IMG/VR virus record: IMGVR_UViG_3300025108_000042
Span: 1-63,213 of that record
DNA: 63,213 bases
Reading direction: 5' to 3' (one strand)
Source of the DNA: a virus
Taxonomy: Duplodnaviria > Caudoviricetes
Part shown: piece by piece, positions 18,727-29,772 of the stretch
Position numbering within the stretch: position 1 is the first letter of the stretch
How the letters are laid out: every line of letters begins with the position of its first letter
Made by a program: the position numbers and the translations under genes
The notes under the pieces: generated by a model
Seen by the model: the letters and a program-made list of their open reading frames with translations, nothing else
What the model was told of the DNA's origin: nothing
Database searches by the model: none

Positions 18727-21700
18727 TTAATTATGTGCCTTAGAATCTGTTATTACTGCATTAACAGCATATAATTCTATAGGGTTTGTATCTGTTTTGG
18801 TTAGTTTTATTTTAGCAAAATAATCTCTTATCTGGTCACCTTCAATAGATGAATCTGCAACTAGTACGACCACATCATTTTGTACCAACCCTGTAACATT
18901 TGCATTACAAGTTAGTTGATTTGATCCAGAAATACTAGAAGCTGTTAAAGACAATGCATTAAGCTGTGTGTTGTTTACCTTGTATAAGAAAGAAGAAACA
19001 CCTAGAGGGAAACTCATAGAGGATATATTATTCTTAAAAGTAATTGTGTTAGTCGACACACTGTCCACAATTCCTAATCCAAAGAATTCATCTGTGCTTT
19101 TTGTAGTGGTTATATTATCCGTTCCGTTTCTACTGGTGGTGGCTCCGTGGATATAAGTATAATGAAAACCCTCTTTCTCATCGTAAGACGTATCATCTAT
19201 AACAGCTGATTGATCAGTCGTAGAAATAGTTGTATCCCAAGCTGCATTGCCTTCTAAAGATAATGACTCGTATGTTTTTACAGCAGAAGGAGAGCTCTTG
19301 GAAACAACCTCAATTAAAGATTGAGCAGCCGAAGCTCCGTAGAATGTGTTTCTATTAGATGTTTCGTTATGCTCATACAGGTATCCATCGCTAAAGGTAT
19401 GTAATAAACCTCTTAGACTTGCAATAGACTCTGGTTCAAAACTATAGAATGTGGTAAATACATTATTGTTTATAGAGTATCCCAAGGTAAATGAGTCCTC
19501 GCTACCGCTTATCGCTGGTGTAGTAATAATATATTCCTTATTGTCTTTATCAATACCTCCGACAACCTTATGATTGGTCTCATTTGAGACAGCATTAAAC
19601 TTTTTATTTATAAAAGAAGACATCGTCTTATCACTAATAGATGTTAAGCCATTAGAGGATATACCTACTAAATCCCCACTATTCACATCTGCAAAGAATA
19701 TTTTACCATTGTAATGTGCTACAGATTCTGGATTGCTTCCACAACCGTATTCACCTGTAAAGTATCTTTCGTTGCCTAAAACATTAGTACTTAATGTTAC
19801 TAAATCATCACCACTACCTGTCTGTATTACATTCTTCCCAACAGCTAACACACCAGCCCTGCGCTCTTGTATAAAGAACAACGACTGATTGTAACTAACA
19901 AGACTTTTTATAGAGCCGTGTTCTATAGCTAAATCTTTATAATTAGCTAGTGATAGATTAAAAGATGATAAATTTAAATTAGAACTGTCAGCTGAGTAAA
20001 AATCAGAATAAGTTATAGAAGCTTTTCTTTTCTGCTGTTTAGCGTTATCAATTCTAGCTATGGGTCTACCAATAGAACTGCTTTCAGATTTAAAAAAGTC
20101 GCTCACAGAGTAGTCGTCTATAAATCTAACGATACCGTTATATCCAGGCATTTTTCTATACCTTCCTTTTGATACTTGATCGGGAGCGGCAAACATAACT
20201 CTAGGACGCATATATGCATCGCCTTGAGTTATTTCAATAACTTTATCAGTGTTTGTAACTGTTCCAGAATAAGCTACATCTAATGTAAATGTAGAATCTG
20301 TTGTTTCTTCAGCAAAGAAATAATAAGTGCTTCCTTCTTTATATACATTACCTATGGTAATACTAAAGCTGCCAGAGGTTATAACATCTCCTTTGAAAAT
20401 TCTGTCCGTAGTTGTTCCTTCAACATTACTACCACTTTGTGTGGTAATTATAAAACTAGGACTTGTCGTGACCCGGTCGTCTTCGTGGGCTCCAGATATA
20501 ATATTATATTTGGTTCCTATTTCGTAGTATATACTTTCTTTATTTTCTTGATTGTCATTATACACTTCTATAATGCAATTGTCAAACCACTTGCTGTCGT
20601 TGTTTTCTAAATTTTTATAAGTGAATCCAGTAGCGTTTTGATTTTCTTCTATGATTAAAAATGATCCAGTTGTGTAATTTACTGTATCTGGACTAGAACT
20701 GTCAAGTATTGGATTTGTATTATAGTCATCTACCAATATCTCATGACCTACAACTTTAAATATATTTAAATCTAAACCTGAAGAACCATATGATATTATC
20801 CTTAATTTATCGCCTTGTTCGTAAGAATAGCTTTTGTCAGATCCAAATGCCTTTACATAACTATTGTCCTTTTCAAAGAGAGTGTTTAATGATAGATATA
20901 TTCTTTTATTAGGAGTACTAAAGACTCCAGAGTCTTCATTAAAAGGAACAAAACCACCACCTATTCCATATATAAACTTGCTAATAGATAACCCTTTTCC
21001 AGTGTATACCGGAGCCCATCTACTAGCCCATGAAGGAGGGTTATGTGATATTCTCATAACCACACTTGAAGCTCCGTTTAAGTCGTTTTCATCAACCCTA
21101 TCGGATAATGCGTTTACATAAGTTTTTCCCAACTCCTGAACTCCGCTACTTCTATTTCGGTCATCATAATAAACCATTCCCAGTTTATGAGAAGATCCAG
21201 ATTTAAAAGTCTTACCTACATCTATATTTTTTAAAATAGGTCCCGTAAAATAAGATGTTCTGTTAGTCAGAGTCATCGCAAAATCTGTAGAAGGGTCTGC
21301 ATTATACAAAACTATTCTTCCAGATCTTATAATAAATCTTTTGTTACCGTTTTCATAAAAGCTGTTAAATTGTACATCTAGAGTTTCAGGATTAAAAATA
21401 AGAGTACCTGCATTTGCAGTGCTCGTACATTTGAATGTTAAAGATCCTTTTACCTCTCCGCTTTCAACAGTAAACAATGAAGATCCACTTGCGTTCATTA
21501 TACGAATAGAATCCCCATCACCCAAGGGGTAAAGCTTAACCGTGAAAAGATTATTATGCATTAAAGCATAAATAGCATTTTTTAAATCCTGTTTACTATC
21601 TCCAGAAGAAATATTTATTTGCTCTCTAATAATAAGTGGTGATATACCAGATTGAATACCGTCTTTTATTTTAGATATTGATTTTGTATCTACATTTTTT

Positions 21701-22953
21701 CCATCCTCGTCAGAAAAATATATATCTGTACTAACAGATAGATTAGCGGAACCACTATCAGATATATTAATTTCATCAGCGTTAAGCACTATATTTAAAT
21801 GCAAGACCCGGTCTTCTGAAAAAGTAGAAGGCAATCCGCTATAATCTAATAAAACAGAATAATTAGTTGATTGAGATAAAGAGACTGCTAAAGTATTATC
21901 GCTATTTTTATAATTAGAAATTAATTCACTACTTGTACTAGTGTTTTCATAGCCCTCTGTATATCCACCGTACATTAGCCTACCCTCAACTATTTCCTGA
22001 CTATCAGCTTTTAAAGGAACATTGTCAAAAAGCTTGTTCTGTTCTGTAGATGAAACTAAAGAACCTCTTTTATCATCTGTAAAGTTTACAGTTACAGCAT
22101 TACTGTTGTGCACGTTTGTCTTTTCTTCTATTTCAAAGAATGGACCTGTATTACCCTCTCTTGCGTATAAAACTATTTTATCTACATCCGCTACACTGTT
22201 TTTAATAAACACATTTATTTGGTTATAAAAAATCTTAGCAGACTCTGTTATAAACCCATCTCTTAGTTGTGTTAGAGAAGAAGTTAGCGAACTGTATGGA
22301 GATAGTGCTGAATGTTCGCCATCGTCATACACGTATTTATAAGCAAATTGATATACCTTATTAAATATTCTATTCTCTTTTAGTGCTGAGTTGTTTACGA
22401 TATTATACGTAGGAGGATCTAAAGGTGGTTGTTTTGCAACAGTTAGGAAAAGTAGCTTTTCTTCGTCTGTACCTGTAGTAAACTTTGAAGGGTAGTTGCC
22501 AGCTATAGCTTTTGTTACGTTAAGCTTCTTGGGGTCTGATTCGCCATCATTAAAATACAAAAGTATATCTCCCGTATTAGACTCTATTATATCAGCCTTA
22601 ACAAAAGAATTAGCTGTAAATCCTAATACAGAATCTTGATATACTCTTGATGATGACCCTGTAGAAGACTTGTACTGGTATATTGAGTGGTTGTTATTGC
22701 TGTTATATATAAAGAATATAATAACGCCTAACTGCTCATGAGAAACCGAGCCGACAACCTTGCTGGTTCCAGAAGCTGGTGCTATATTAAAACTCTTTGC
22801 AACATTACCATAAGCGTTTTTAATAACAATACCATCGCCATCGTCTTCAGTAGATATACGCAAGTTTAATGCGTCTGTCATCTCTACGTTCTTTACGAGA
22901 CGTTCATCACTATCTTTATTTAGATACCTCGGAGTTAGCTTATCTATAGCCAT
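18727..22953 (-). CDS. Tail stabilisation/nozzle protein (crAss-like)
   Basis: LNKDSDERLV..DALN N-terminus, FAYKYVYDDGE, YGCGSNPES. Confidence 0.75.
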   Translation of the reverse strand: MAIDKLTPRYLNKDSDERLVKNVEMTDALNLRISTEDDGDGIVIKNAYGNVAKSFNIAPASGTSKVVGSVSHEQLGVIIFFIYNSNNNHSIYQYKSSTGSSSRVYQDSVLGFTANSFVKADIIESNTGDILLYFNDGESDPKKLNVTKAIAGNYPSKFTTGTDEEKLLFLTVAKQPPLDPPTYNIVNNSALKENRIFNKVYQFAYKYVYDDGEHSALSPYSSLTSSLTQLRDGFITESAKIFYNQINVFIKNSVADVDKIVLYAREGNTGPFFEIEEKTNVHNSNAVTVNFTDDKRGSLVSSTEQNKLFDNVPLKADSQEIVEGRLMYGGYTEGYENTSTSSELISNYKNSDNTLAVSLSQSTNYSVLLDYSGLPSTFSEDRVLHLNIVLNADEINISDSGSANLSVSTDIYFSDEDGKNVDTKSISKIKDGIQSGISPLIIREQINISSGDSKQDLKNAIYALMHNNLFTVKLYPLGDGDSIRIMNASGSSLFTVESGEVKGSLTFKCTSTANAGTLIFNPETLDVQFNSFYENGNKRFIIRSGRIVLYNADPSTDFAMTLTNRTSYFTGPILKNIDVGKTFKSGSSHKLGMVYYDDRNRSSGVQELGKTYVNALSDRVDENDLNGASSVVMRISHNPPSWASRWAPVYTGKGLSISKFIYGIGGGFVPFNEDSGVFSTPNKRIYLSLNTLFEKDNSYVKAFGSDKSYSYEQGDKLRIISYGSSGLDLNIFKVVGHEILVDDYNTNPILDSSSPDTVNYTTGSFLIIEENQNATGFTYKNLENNDSKWFDNCIIEVYNDNQENKESIYYEIGTKYNIISGAHEDDRVTTSPSFIITTQSGSNVEGTTTDRIFKGDVITSGSFSITIGNVYKEGSTYYFFAEETTDSTFTLDVAYSGTVTNTDKVIEITQGDAYMRPRVMFAAPDQVSKGRYRKMPGYNGIVRFIDDYSVSDFFKSESSSIGRPIARIDNAKQQKRKASITYSDFYSADSSNLNLSSFNLSLANYKDLAIEHGSIKSLVSYNQSLFFIQERRAGVLAVGKNVIQTGSGDDLVTLSTNVLGNERYFTGEYGCGSNPESVAHYNGKIFFADVNSGDLVGISSNGLTSISDKTMSSFINKKFNAVSNETNHKVVGGIDKDNKEYIITTPAISGSEDSFTLGYSINNNVFTTFYSFEPESIASLRGLLHTFSDGYLYEHNETSNRNTFYGASAAQSLIEVVSKSSPSAVKTYESLSLEGNAAWDTTISTTDQSAVIDDTSYDEKEGFHYTYIHGATTSRNGTDNITTTKSTDEFFGLGIVDSVSTNTITFKNNISSMSFPLGVSSFLYKVNNTQLNALSLTASSISGSNQLTCNANVTGLVQNDVVVLVADSSIEGDQIRDYFAKIKLTKTDTNPIELYAVNAVITDSKAHN

Positions 22954-22955
22954 AA

Positions 22956-23696
22956 TTAATATTTAGGCGACTGTCTGAAATTCTTTCTAATCGTTGCTAA
23001 CGCATCTTGCTTCCCAAAAGACTTCATTCGTGCATTAGACTTTCTGCGTTCATTATAATATTCTTGTCTTGCTCTAGATTTCTCTACAGCTGGAACATTG
23101 CTCTTACGCTCTATTAGTTTATAATATATGTAAGCTCTTACTGTTTCTTCAGCAAACTTATGTACACTAGGAGATGTAGATAAAGCTTCATCAGCTATAT
23201 ACTCTATAGCTACGGTAGCCGAACCTACATTTGTTGAGAGCTCAATTCTGTTTTGGTCAAAGTTTATTCTGTACTCACCAGCTCCTTTGCCGCCACCGAT
23301 ACCATACAATCGACCTTGTGATCCATTAGCAATATAGTTTCTGTATACCTCTGAATCAAAAGCACTATAGTTTGGGATTACATCTTTACCCCTGTTAGAT
23401 ATGAGGTTAATATTTCTGTTTTCTATAAACTGATAAACAAGACCATCACCACCTATAACACCTAGTTTTAATAACCCTACAAAATCTGTAGGCAACGTAA
23501 CTGTTCCTTTTGTTTGGTCTACTGTTAGCTCTGCTGCTTTCACTTTAAGACCCATGTCAAAACCAATCTCACGTACGCCCCTAAGAGCAAAGTTTCTTAC
23601 AACAATCTCTGAAGCATTACTAGTGTAATCATCATACCCCATGGTTAACATGAAGTCGTTGACGAGCTGATCTATTGATATAGTTTCTAACGACAT
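22956..23696 (-). CDS. Tail tubular/ring protein
   Basis: VTLPTDFVGLLKLG; synteny. Confidence 0.65.
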   Translation of the reverse strand: MSLETISIDQLVNDFMLTMGYDDYTSNASEIVVRNFALRGVREIGFDMGLKVKAAELTVDQTKGTVTLPTDFVGLLKLGVIGGDGLVYQFIENRNINLISNRGKDVIPNYSAFDSEVYRNYIANGSQGRLYGIGGGKGAGEYRINFDQNRIELSTNVGSATVAIEYIADEALSTSPSVHKFAEETVRAYIYYKLIERKSNVPAVEKSRARQEYYNERRKSNARMKSFGKQDALATIRKNFRQSPKY

Positions 23697-24439
23697 TATT
23701 TATTCTCTTCTTTTTGTTTTTCAACTGTAGCGTATTGAGCAACAGCAGAATCACGTAGGTTAATACCAATAAGTTGTGCTATTTCCACAACCAAGTCTCC
23801 AAAGAAATGCTCTGGTAGCTCAAAGTCCACACTATTTGCAGCGTCAAATATCTCAACACCAGGAACAGTAGATATGTAACCAAACTTAGGTTGAGCTGTC
23901 GTCTTTGCAGTAGTTGTTGGATTTAAACCCTGAGGTAGTTTGTAGTACCTTAGCTCAATCTTTTTAATACTGGTAGGAAACACTTCTATGCTATCACCAA
24001 TCAACCCAATAGGAGATGACTCACTAGGATTTGATAAGTCGCTCATTAACGCACGATCAATATCTTCCTGATTATGCATGAGTTGTATGTTAGTACCTAC
24101 ACTAGATCCAAAAACATATGTGCTGTTTGTAGTCATAGAAGATACTCTAGCTAAATCACTAGGCTTTGAAAATACTCCATTTGCCTGAGTTAGCTTTTCC
24201 TTCTTTTGAAAAACAGATAGATCTTCGTCTATATTCTTAGTCTTTCCTAAACTCTTGCCTGGGTCAATGCCAGCTCTACGAAAACGCATTGCATTCCTGT
24301 GCTCATCAAACAGTCTATTAAACACGTTCATTTGAGCCAAACCAGCAAAACTATTAAATACAGCAGGAGATACAAATCCCTTCTGGTCCTTGTTAACCAA
24401 GTCTTTTAATGCTGTATATACTCTGTTTACACTTGCCAT
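23696..24439 (-). CDS. Tail adaptor/ring protein (start revised to MASVNRV)
   Basis: NKDQKGFVSP..FN..AQ, DFELPE; promoter at 24460 lies downstream of the ORF-track start. Confidence 0.65.
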   Translation of the reverse strand: MASVNRVYTALKDLVNKDQKGFVSPAVFNSFAGLAQMNVFNRLFDEHRNAMRFRRAGIDPGKSLGKTKNIDEDLSVFQKKEKLTQANGVFSKPSDLARVSSMTTNSTYVFGSSVGTNIQLMHNQEDIDRALMSDLSNPSESSPIGLIGDSIEVFPTSIKKIELRYYKLPQGLNPTTTAKTTAQPKFGYISTVPGVEIFDAANSVDFELPEHFFGDLVVEIAQLIGINLRDSAVAQYATVEKQKEENK

Positions 24440-24469
24440 CTGATTGATATTAGATAGTACAAATATACG

Positions 24470-24501
24470 AAAAGAAAAGGGGCTGCTTTTGGCAACCCCT
24501 C
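24470..24501 (-). terminator. Terminator
   Basis: AGGGGTTGCC/GCAGCCCCT stem then a T tract on the - strand. Confidence 0.7.
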
Positions 24502-24527
24502 TGCTTAACATTCTGTGTAACAGAAAA

Positions 24528-25349
24528 TTAGATATTGTTTAGCTGTTCTACAACTTGATCGTAAACTGCGGCTCCTTTCTCAGTCATGAAGAAGCGGACA
24601 GCAACGTCAGTAGGACTGCTACCCGGAGGGCAAGATACAATTAATCTATTGTTGTCAAACCAGTAAACACCATTTTCTGTAAGACTAAGAATTTGGAACT
24701 CTTCAGCCTGCATAACAGCAGAACGGCAAATAACCTCTGGGTTGTCAAACATCTTGATGAACTTCTCCGGGTTCATCTTAGCGTCTCTAAGCAACTCTCG
24801 CTTGATCTCAGCGTTTTTCTGGTTTACATTGATACCATACGATAAAGCAACTGGTAAAAGCTCTTGAACGTCTTTATTTCTAATTAAAGAAATAGCTTCA
24901 TGCATACTAAACTCACGGTCTAGCTCTTCTTCAGCTGTTTTACTTTTATCAATTAACTTAAAAACATCACCACCGTTAGCGACATTGTCTGGATGCATGT
25001 TTAAAAAGTTGATTAAGTTTGGATTTGTAAACTCAACAGCTAGCATTTTATCTCTGAACACTACATGCTCTCTTCTAGCGTATTGACTTTGTTCATCACG
25101 ATAAATTGTCTTTTCATTAGGACAATATCTTAAAGCTGTAGTTACCTGCTTAACTGGATCGTAAATAGTAACCTCGGATTTAACTCTACAAACGATGCCG
25201 CCACCGTTTATAATCTCGTAAAATCTTGTGTTTTGTGGGTTGAATACCTGTCTGACAGAAAAGTCTACAGGTTTTGCTGTTTGTAATGCTTCTGGTGCGA
25301 TATCTTTTTTAGGACGACCAGGAGCTTTTTTAGCTGTCGTATTAGCCAT
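24528..25349 (-). CDS. Conserved protein downstream of the capsid gene
   Basis: LRYCPNEKTIYRDEQ, FLNMHPDN; synteny. Confidence 0.7.
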   Translation of the reverse strand: MANTTAKKAPGRPKKDIAPEALQTAKPVDFSVRQVFNPQNTRFYEIINGGGIVCRVKSEVTIYDPVKQVTTALRYCPNEKTIYRDEQSQYARREHVVFRDKMLAVEFTNPNLINFLNMHPDNVANGGDVFKLIDKSKTAEEELDREFSMHEAISLIRNKDVQELLPVALSYGINVNQKNAEIKRELLRDAKMNPEKFIKMFDNPEVICRSAVMQAEEFQILSLTENGVYWFDNNRLIVSCPPGSSPTDVAVRFFMTEKGAAVYDQVVEQLNNI

Positions 25350-25366
25350 TTTATTAAATATTAAAT

Positions 25367-25402
25367 TAAAAATAAAAGGAGAGAGCCCTAAAGCCCTCTC
25401 CT
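25367..25402 (-). terminator. Terminator/attenuator after the major capsid gene
   Basis: GGAGAGGGC/GCTCTCTCC stem then a T-rich tract. Confidence 0.6.
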
Positions 25403-25415
25403 ATTTGTTTTGCCC

Positions 25416-26795
25416 TTATGAGCGGATCAAAATGTGCTGGTTAGCTGCACGAGTAACCAAGTTACATTCTGAACGGTAGTTGAACTGTAGGCTGTCTTCG
25501 TTAGTGTTAGAAACACCTAAGATAGAACCTGTCATCCAGTGCTCCATTTCACGAGAGTAACCATCAACTGCTTTGTAGTTCATCTCTAGAGCAGCTGCGC
25601 GAGCACCACTTTTAGGATCAATTACAGAAGTCATTGGAATCATCACACCTTTAAAGCTAGAACCACCTAACAATGTTGGGTCGTTAAGCAACTTCCAAGA
25701 TTTGTTATGGAATGTGTAACCACCACGTCCAAATGATTTGAATCCAAGTTTTACAGCTTGTTCAGCATTAGTAAACGAACCGAATGCAGCAGCACCGTTA
25801 GTTGGATTACCAATTATGCTTGCACCAGAATCACCGAATCCAGCAGCACCATTTAAGGTAGCTACCATGTCATCGATTGCTAACATCTGCTCAGTGTTGG
25901 CGTACATACAGTACTCAGGAGCAGATCCTTGCTTGTCTAACTCAGTAACAATAGCATCAAAATCTACTAGTGAGCTTATTACACCACCAGTTTGAACGAT
26001 ACCACGATCTTCAATTGCAGCGAAGTAACCTTCAGAACCGTTTACGGAGAAATCTCCTACAGTTACATCAGTAGCTTTTTTCTGACCTAACAACATCATC
26101 ATCTCACGCTTGTCTAAGAAACGCTGACGAGTATCCATCTCACCTTTGATGTACCAACGGTAGTCACCATTACCAAGATTGATGTAGCCAATGTTTGTAG
26201 CCTGAGAACCAGTTACCTTGAATGTTTCTTTCAAGATGCTGTATGGATTCTCACGTAATACAACGTTGCTTTCCAAGTATTCTGTTGGTTGGCTTGAACC
26301 TTGTCCGTACAAGTTACCAATGATAGCTGCATCAACAGCACCAGAAGTTGGGTTAGCACCAGTGCCGCCCATATCAACAACAGTTAAGTTGTAAGAAGTA
26401 ACATTGTTACCACCTACAGCAGCAACGTCTGTTACCAAGTAACGCTTAGTTCCAATCAATAATACATCGTTTACACGAGTAAAGATTTTTTCATCAGCTA
26501 CAGTAACTGCAATTTTACCACCAGCGATCCAGTCACCAGTTTGACGAGCGTGAAGACGAGCTTCTTCCCACCACTGAACCTTGTCAGCTGTTCCAGCAGA
26601 CTTGATTGCTCCTGTCATTTGCAAGAACCCTGTGATACCTTGATCACCGTAAGTCTTTGCTAACGCCTCACGAATATCGGGACGGTTTACTTCATCAATA
26701 AAGTCACCTAAAGAAGTGTACTTTGCCGGGTCTAAGCGCTTAAATGCGCTTTGTACGCCACCGCTAAGGGATGGCTGATTTGGTTTTAAACTCAT
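25416..26795 (-). CDS. Major capsid protein
   Basis: 459 aa, WWEE.RLH, REMMMLLG, GSEGYFAAIEDRG; follows the acidic scaffold gene. Confidence 0.8.
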   Translation of the reverse strand: MSLKPNQPSLSGGVQSAFKRLDPAKYTSLGDFIDEVNRPDIREALAKTYGDQGITGFLQMTGAIKSAGTADKVQWWEEARLHARQTGDWIAGGKIAVTVADEKIFTRVNDVLLIGTKRYLVTDVAAVGGNNVTSYNLTVVDMGGTGANPTSGAVDAAIIGNLYGQGSSQPTEYLESNVVLRENPYSILKETFKVTGSQATNIGYINLGNGDYRWYIKGEMDTRQRFLDKREMMMLLGQKKATDVTVGDFSVNGSEGYFAAIEDRGIVQTGGVISSLVDFDAIVTELDKQGSAPEYCMYANTEQMLAIDDMVATLNGAAGFGDSGASIIGNPTNGAAAFGSFTNAEQAVKLGFKSFGRGGYTFHNKSWKLLNDPTLLGGSSFKGVMIPMTSVIDPKSGARAAALEMNYKAVDGYSREMEHWMTGSILGVSNTNEDSLQFNYRSECNLVTRAANQHILIRS

Positions 26796-26814
26796 TGTTT
26801 AAAGTTTTTATGTT

Positions 26815-27969
26815 TTAGAAAAATTTCAAAGTTTTGTCTACACCCAACGCATCTAAGAGTTGTTGTGAGACATTGTCCGTAGGTTGTGCCGTACCTACTG
26901 CCGGTGCTTCTGACTTAACATTTGCCGCTTCGTTAACGACTCTACGCTGTCCGTCACTCATACCTTGCTGATACAATGATTTTGCTATCGCATCAATGTT
27001 ATCAACCAGCGTTTGATGAATGTTGAACTTATCGTAGTCCCATTGTCCGTCTTGGCTAATGTACTGGTCAAAGAACGATTCAATGTTACGGTTCTTGTCA
27101 ACTAATTGATTTCTGTAAGAATCATTAATACTGAACTCAAACTCCTTACCATCTGCTAACTCAAAAGTAACAGCATCTAAGTTGTTGGTTTGTTCTTGCA
27201 TATTCTGAATCCAACGATCGTCAATAGGTGACTGAACAGCTTCATCTTGTTGTTTTGCCGGAGCAGTAAATTGAGAACGAATCTGATCAATTCCTGTTCT
27301 AGCTCTATCAGCATCAATCTTCAATTGTAACTTGCTAAGTTTAACCTCATCCTCTGAATGGTAATCTTCGTCAAGTTTGTATTTTGAGCCTACAAGCATA
27401 TCAACCTCCTCACCACTAAGGTTTGGATATTCGTTTGACATAGATACACGAATGGCTGTCATATCATCCATTTCGGACGGATTTAAAGCCTGGTATCTAA
27501 ACCAATCTTCTGGGTTGCGACCTGTCTGCTCTACAAAGTCTGAGATAACCTTAACTCGTTCGTCAATTGTAGATTCTTGTTGCTGTTGGGTTTGTTGCAA
27601 GAAAGCTGATAATTGATCAAGACTCTCTATCTCTAAGCCAAGCTTTTCGCTGACATAACGAGACACAGCAAAATCATCAAGAGATGGCTCTTCTGCAACG
27701 GGTGTTTCTGTATTTAAAGAACTTTCGCTAGTAGGTTCTACTACTTGCTCAGTGGGTTGGTCCTCTGCAACTGGTTCGGCTTGTTGTACAGTCTCCTGTT
27801 CTACTTGCTGTTCCTCTGCTGCCGGGGCGCTACTTAAATCTATATCAAAACTATCTGGCATTACTGGAGAAGTAGCCTCTACTCCTTCTGGCATTGTATC
27901 AGAAAAGCTAAACCCGGCATCGCCAAGTTGATTTTCAATTTCAGCTTCTTGTTTGTTTTCCATGTTCAT
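26815..27969 (-). CDS. Capsid scaffolding protein
   Basis: Very acidic, directly upstream of the capsid gene. Confidence 0.65.
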   Translation of the reverse strand: MNMENKQEAEIENQLGDAGFSFSDTMPEGVEATSPVMPDSFDIDLSSAPAAEEQQVEQETVQQAEPVAEDQPTEQVVEPTSESSLNTETPVAEEPSLDDFAVSRYVSEKLGLEIESLDQLSAFLQQTQQQQESTIDERVKVISDFVEQTGRNPEDWFRYQALNPSEMDDMTAIRVSMSNEYPNLSGEEVDMLVGSKYKLDEDYHSEDEVKLSKLQLKIDADRARTGIDQIRSQFTAPAKQQDEAVQSPIDDRWIQNMQEQTNNLDAVTFELADGKEFEFSINDSYRNQLVDKNRNIESFFDQYISQDGQWDYDKFNIHQTLVDNIDAIAKSLYQQGMSDGQRRVVNEAANVKSEAPAVGTAQPTDNVSQQLLDALGVDKTLKFF

Positions 27970-28048
27970 TAAATTAAATTATGTTACAAAATTAACATTT
28001 TTATATACACGCTTTTAGATCAGCTCTTCTACAGCTGTTAAAGTCTTT

Positions 28049-29131
28049 TTATCTGAATTGATAATTCAAACCTGCCCTTACACTAAATATGTTTTTGTCC
28101 CAGTATCTCATATACTCTGACTCTGTGAATACGCCCCAGTTTTTACCGAGTTTCCATCCTAATACAAATCCACCAGAGTGGTCAATCCACTGGTCTCCAT
28201 CAACATAGTTGCTGTAAGAAAACTCTTCTTTGTCGCCTACGTGTAAGTGATAAGGCAAGATGTTTAGCCAAGTGTGTATCCAGAAGTTGTCTGCATAATG
28301 ATAGTAGTCTACACCAAGTATTGCAGATACAGACTGAATAAATCCAACGCTATCAATACTTAATCTATTAAACTCGTTTACTACGCCAGGATAAATGTAT
28401 CTACGGAAGTCTTCATCAGTGTCCGCTACTCTTTCTCCGTTAGGATCATTCCAGTACCAGTCTCCGTTATCTACCTCGTCATCGTTATCGTAGTCAATAC
28501 CATAGTAAATATCTTCGTATCCCATGTTGCGAACTAAGTCCCACCAAGGATTGTGTGCCAAGAAATCAGCTATAGGGTTGTATCCGTATGGTTTGTGTAA
28601 ACGACCTGCAACACCCGCTGAGAAATCTAACTCTCCTATGTGTAGTCTTAGTCTTGATTCTACTTGTGTGTAGTCTAAGCGTGCTAATCCTTGATACCGA
28701 TATTCGCCTTTAAACATAAAGTACTTACCTAAGTACCGAAGAAAGTACCTTTGATTGGCGTAAGCACGTCCCTGCTGACGACCTAAGTCGTACTGAGCTA
28801 GATACTCAAAGCCTTTTACAGAGCCTACAGTAGCTGATAAAGCTGTAGTTGGTTCTCTCTGCCCATCATAGAATCGGTTTTGTCTGTTCTCGTACTTGTA
28901 GCGAGCAACCTTACGAATACCTAATGTAGCAGTATAGTCAAATGGATACTCCTCTGTGTAGTTAAATAAGTCTCCACCCTGTGTTGTGTACCAAAATTCT
29001 TCTGCATACATCGGGTTAGAAGCTACCCCGCTTGTGTAGATAGTAGAATACTTAAAGAAATTTTTTACTGCGTTTTGACCATATAATGGTTGACACAGCA
29101 TAAATAATGTTACGAATATTAACTTCTTCAT
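28049..29131 (-). CDS. Outer-membrane beta-barrel-like protein
   Basis: Signal peptide, aromatic-rich alternating strands, C-terminal RAGLNYQFR. Confidence 0.6.
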   Translation of the reverse strand: MKKLIFVTLFMLCQPLYGQNAVKNFFKYSTIYTSGVASNPMYAEEFWYTTQGGDLFNYTEEYPFDYTATLGIRKVARYKYENRQNRFYDGQREPTTALSATVGSVKGFEYLAQYDLGRQQGRAYANQRYFLRYLGKYFMFKGEYRYQGLARLDYTQVESRLRLHIGELDFSAGVAGRLHKPYGYNPIADFLAHNPWWDLVRNMGYEDIYYGIDYDNDDEVDNGDWYWNDPNGERVADTDEDFRRYIYPGVVNEFNRLSIDSVGFIQSVSAILGVDYYHYADNFWIHTWLNILPYHLHVGDKEEFSYSNYVDGDQWIDHSGGFVLGWKLGKNWGVFTESEYMRYWDKNIFSVRAGLNYQFR

Positions 29132-29494
29132 CTAGTATTGATTTGCACCAGTCATCTCATCAACATAAGTCTGTACGTCTCTGTAGCTGAGGTCTAGTTT
29201 CATTGATATACCTGCTTCCCATCTGCGTATTTCTTCACCGTCTTTATATAAGACCACAGTGGGAACAGACTTGATTCGTCCTATCTCTTTAAGCTTTGGG
29301 TGTTCGTCAATCCAAGCATTAAATACACGAGCATCAGATAGTCGTGTTAGATTCTTTACGCTGTTGGTTTTATTAAATACAGCATTGTATTGAACTACTG
29401 CTATACCATCTCCCCATTGCTTAACGTAATCCTCTGTTCTTATTGTTGAAGAAAGAGATGATAGAATAAATACAATGGTTAAAAATGGTTTCAT
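29132..29494 (-). CDS. Secreted thioredoxin-fold protein lacking CxxC
   Basis: Signal peptide; IKSVPTVVLYKDGEEIRR cis-Pro segment; no cysteine. Confidence 0.65.
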   Translation of the reverse strand: MKPFLTIVFILSSLSSTIRTEDYVKQWGDGIAVVQYNAVFNKTNSVKNLTRLSDARVFNAWIDEHPKLKEIGRIKSVPTVVLYKDGEEIRRWEAGISMKLDLSYRDVQTYVDEMTGANQY

Positions 29495-29495
29495 A

Positions 29496-29771
29496 CTACT
29501 TCATTTCAAAGAGACGATTCTCTATTTTGTCTAGTTGCTTTTTAATATCGCCTACGTCAGTCTGTGTATTCATAATGGTCTCACGAATCAATTCATCCTT
29601 GAGGTCATATTCTGTTCTACTGATTACAGGCACGGGTAATTCCTTAGCCTCATCAATACCTGCTTGCAAGTCAAAGTAGCCTAGCGTAACTACACCGACT
29701 CCTGCAATAATTACACCTATTGTCTTTAATGATAGACCTACTACTGTATCTTCAGATATCTCTTTTGCCAT
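29496..29771 (-). CDS. Single-TM coiled-coil protein
   Basis: Hydrophobic helix then heptad repeats. Confidence 0.65.
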   Translation of the reverse strand: MAKEISEDTVVGLSLKTIGVIIAGVGVVTLGYFDLQAGIDEAKELPVPVISRTEYDLKDELIRETIMNTQTDVGDIKKQLDKIENRLFEMK

Positions 29772-29772
29772 T

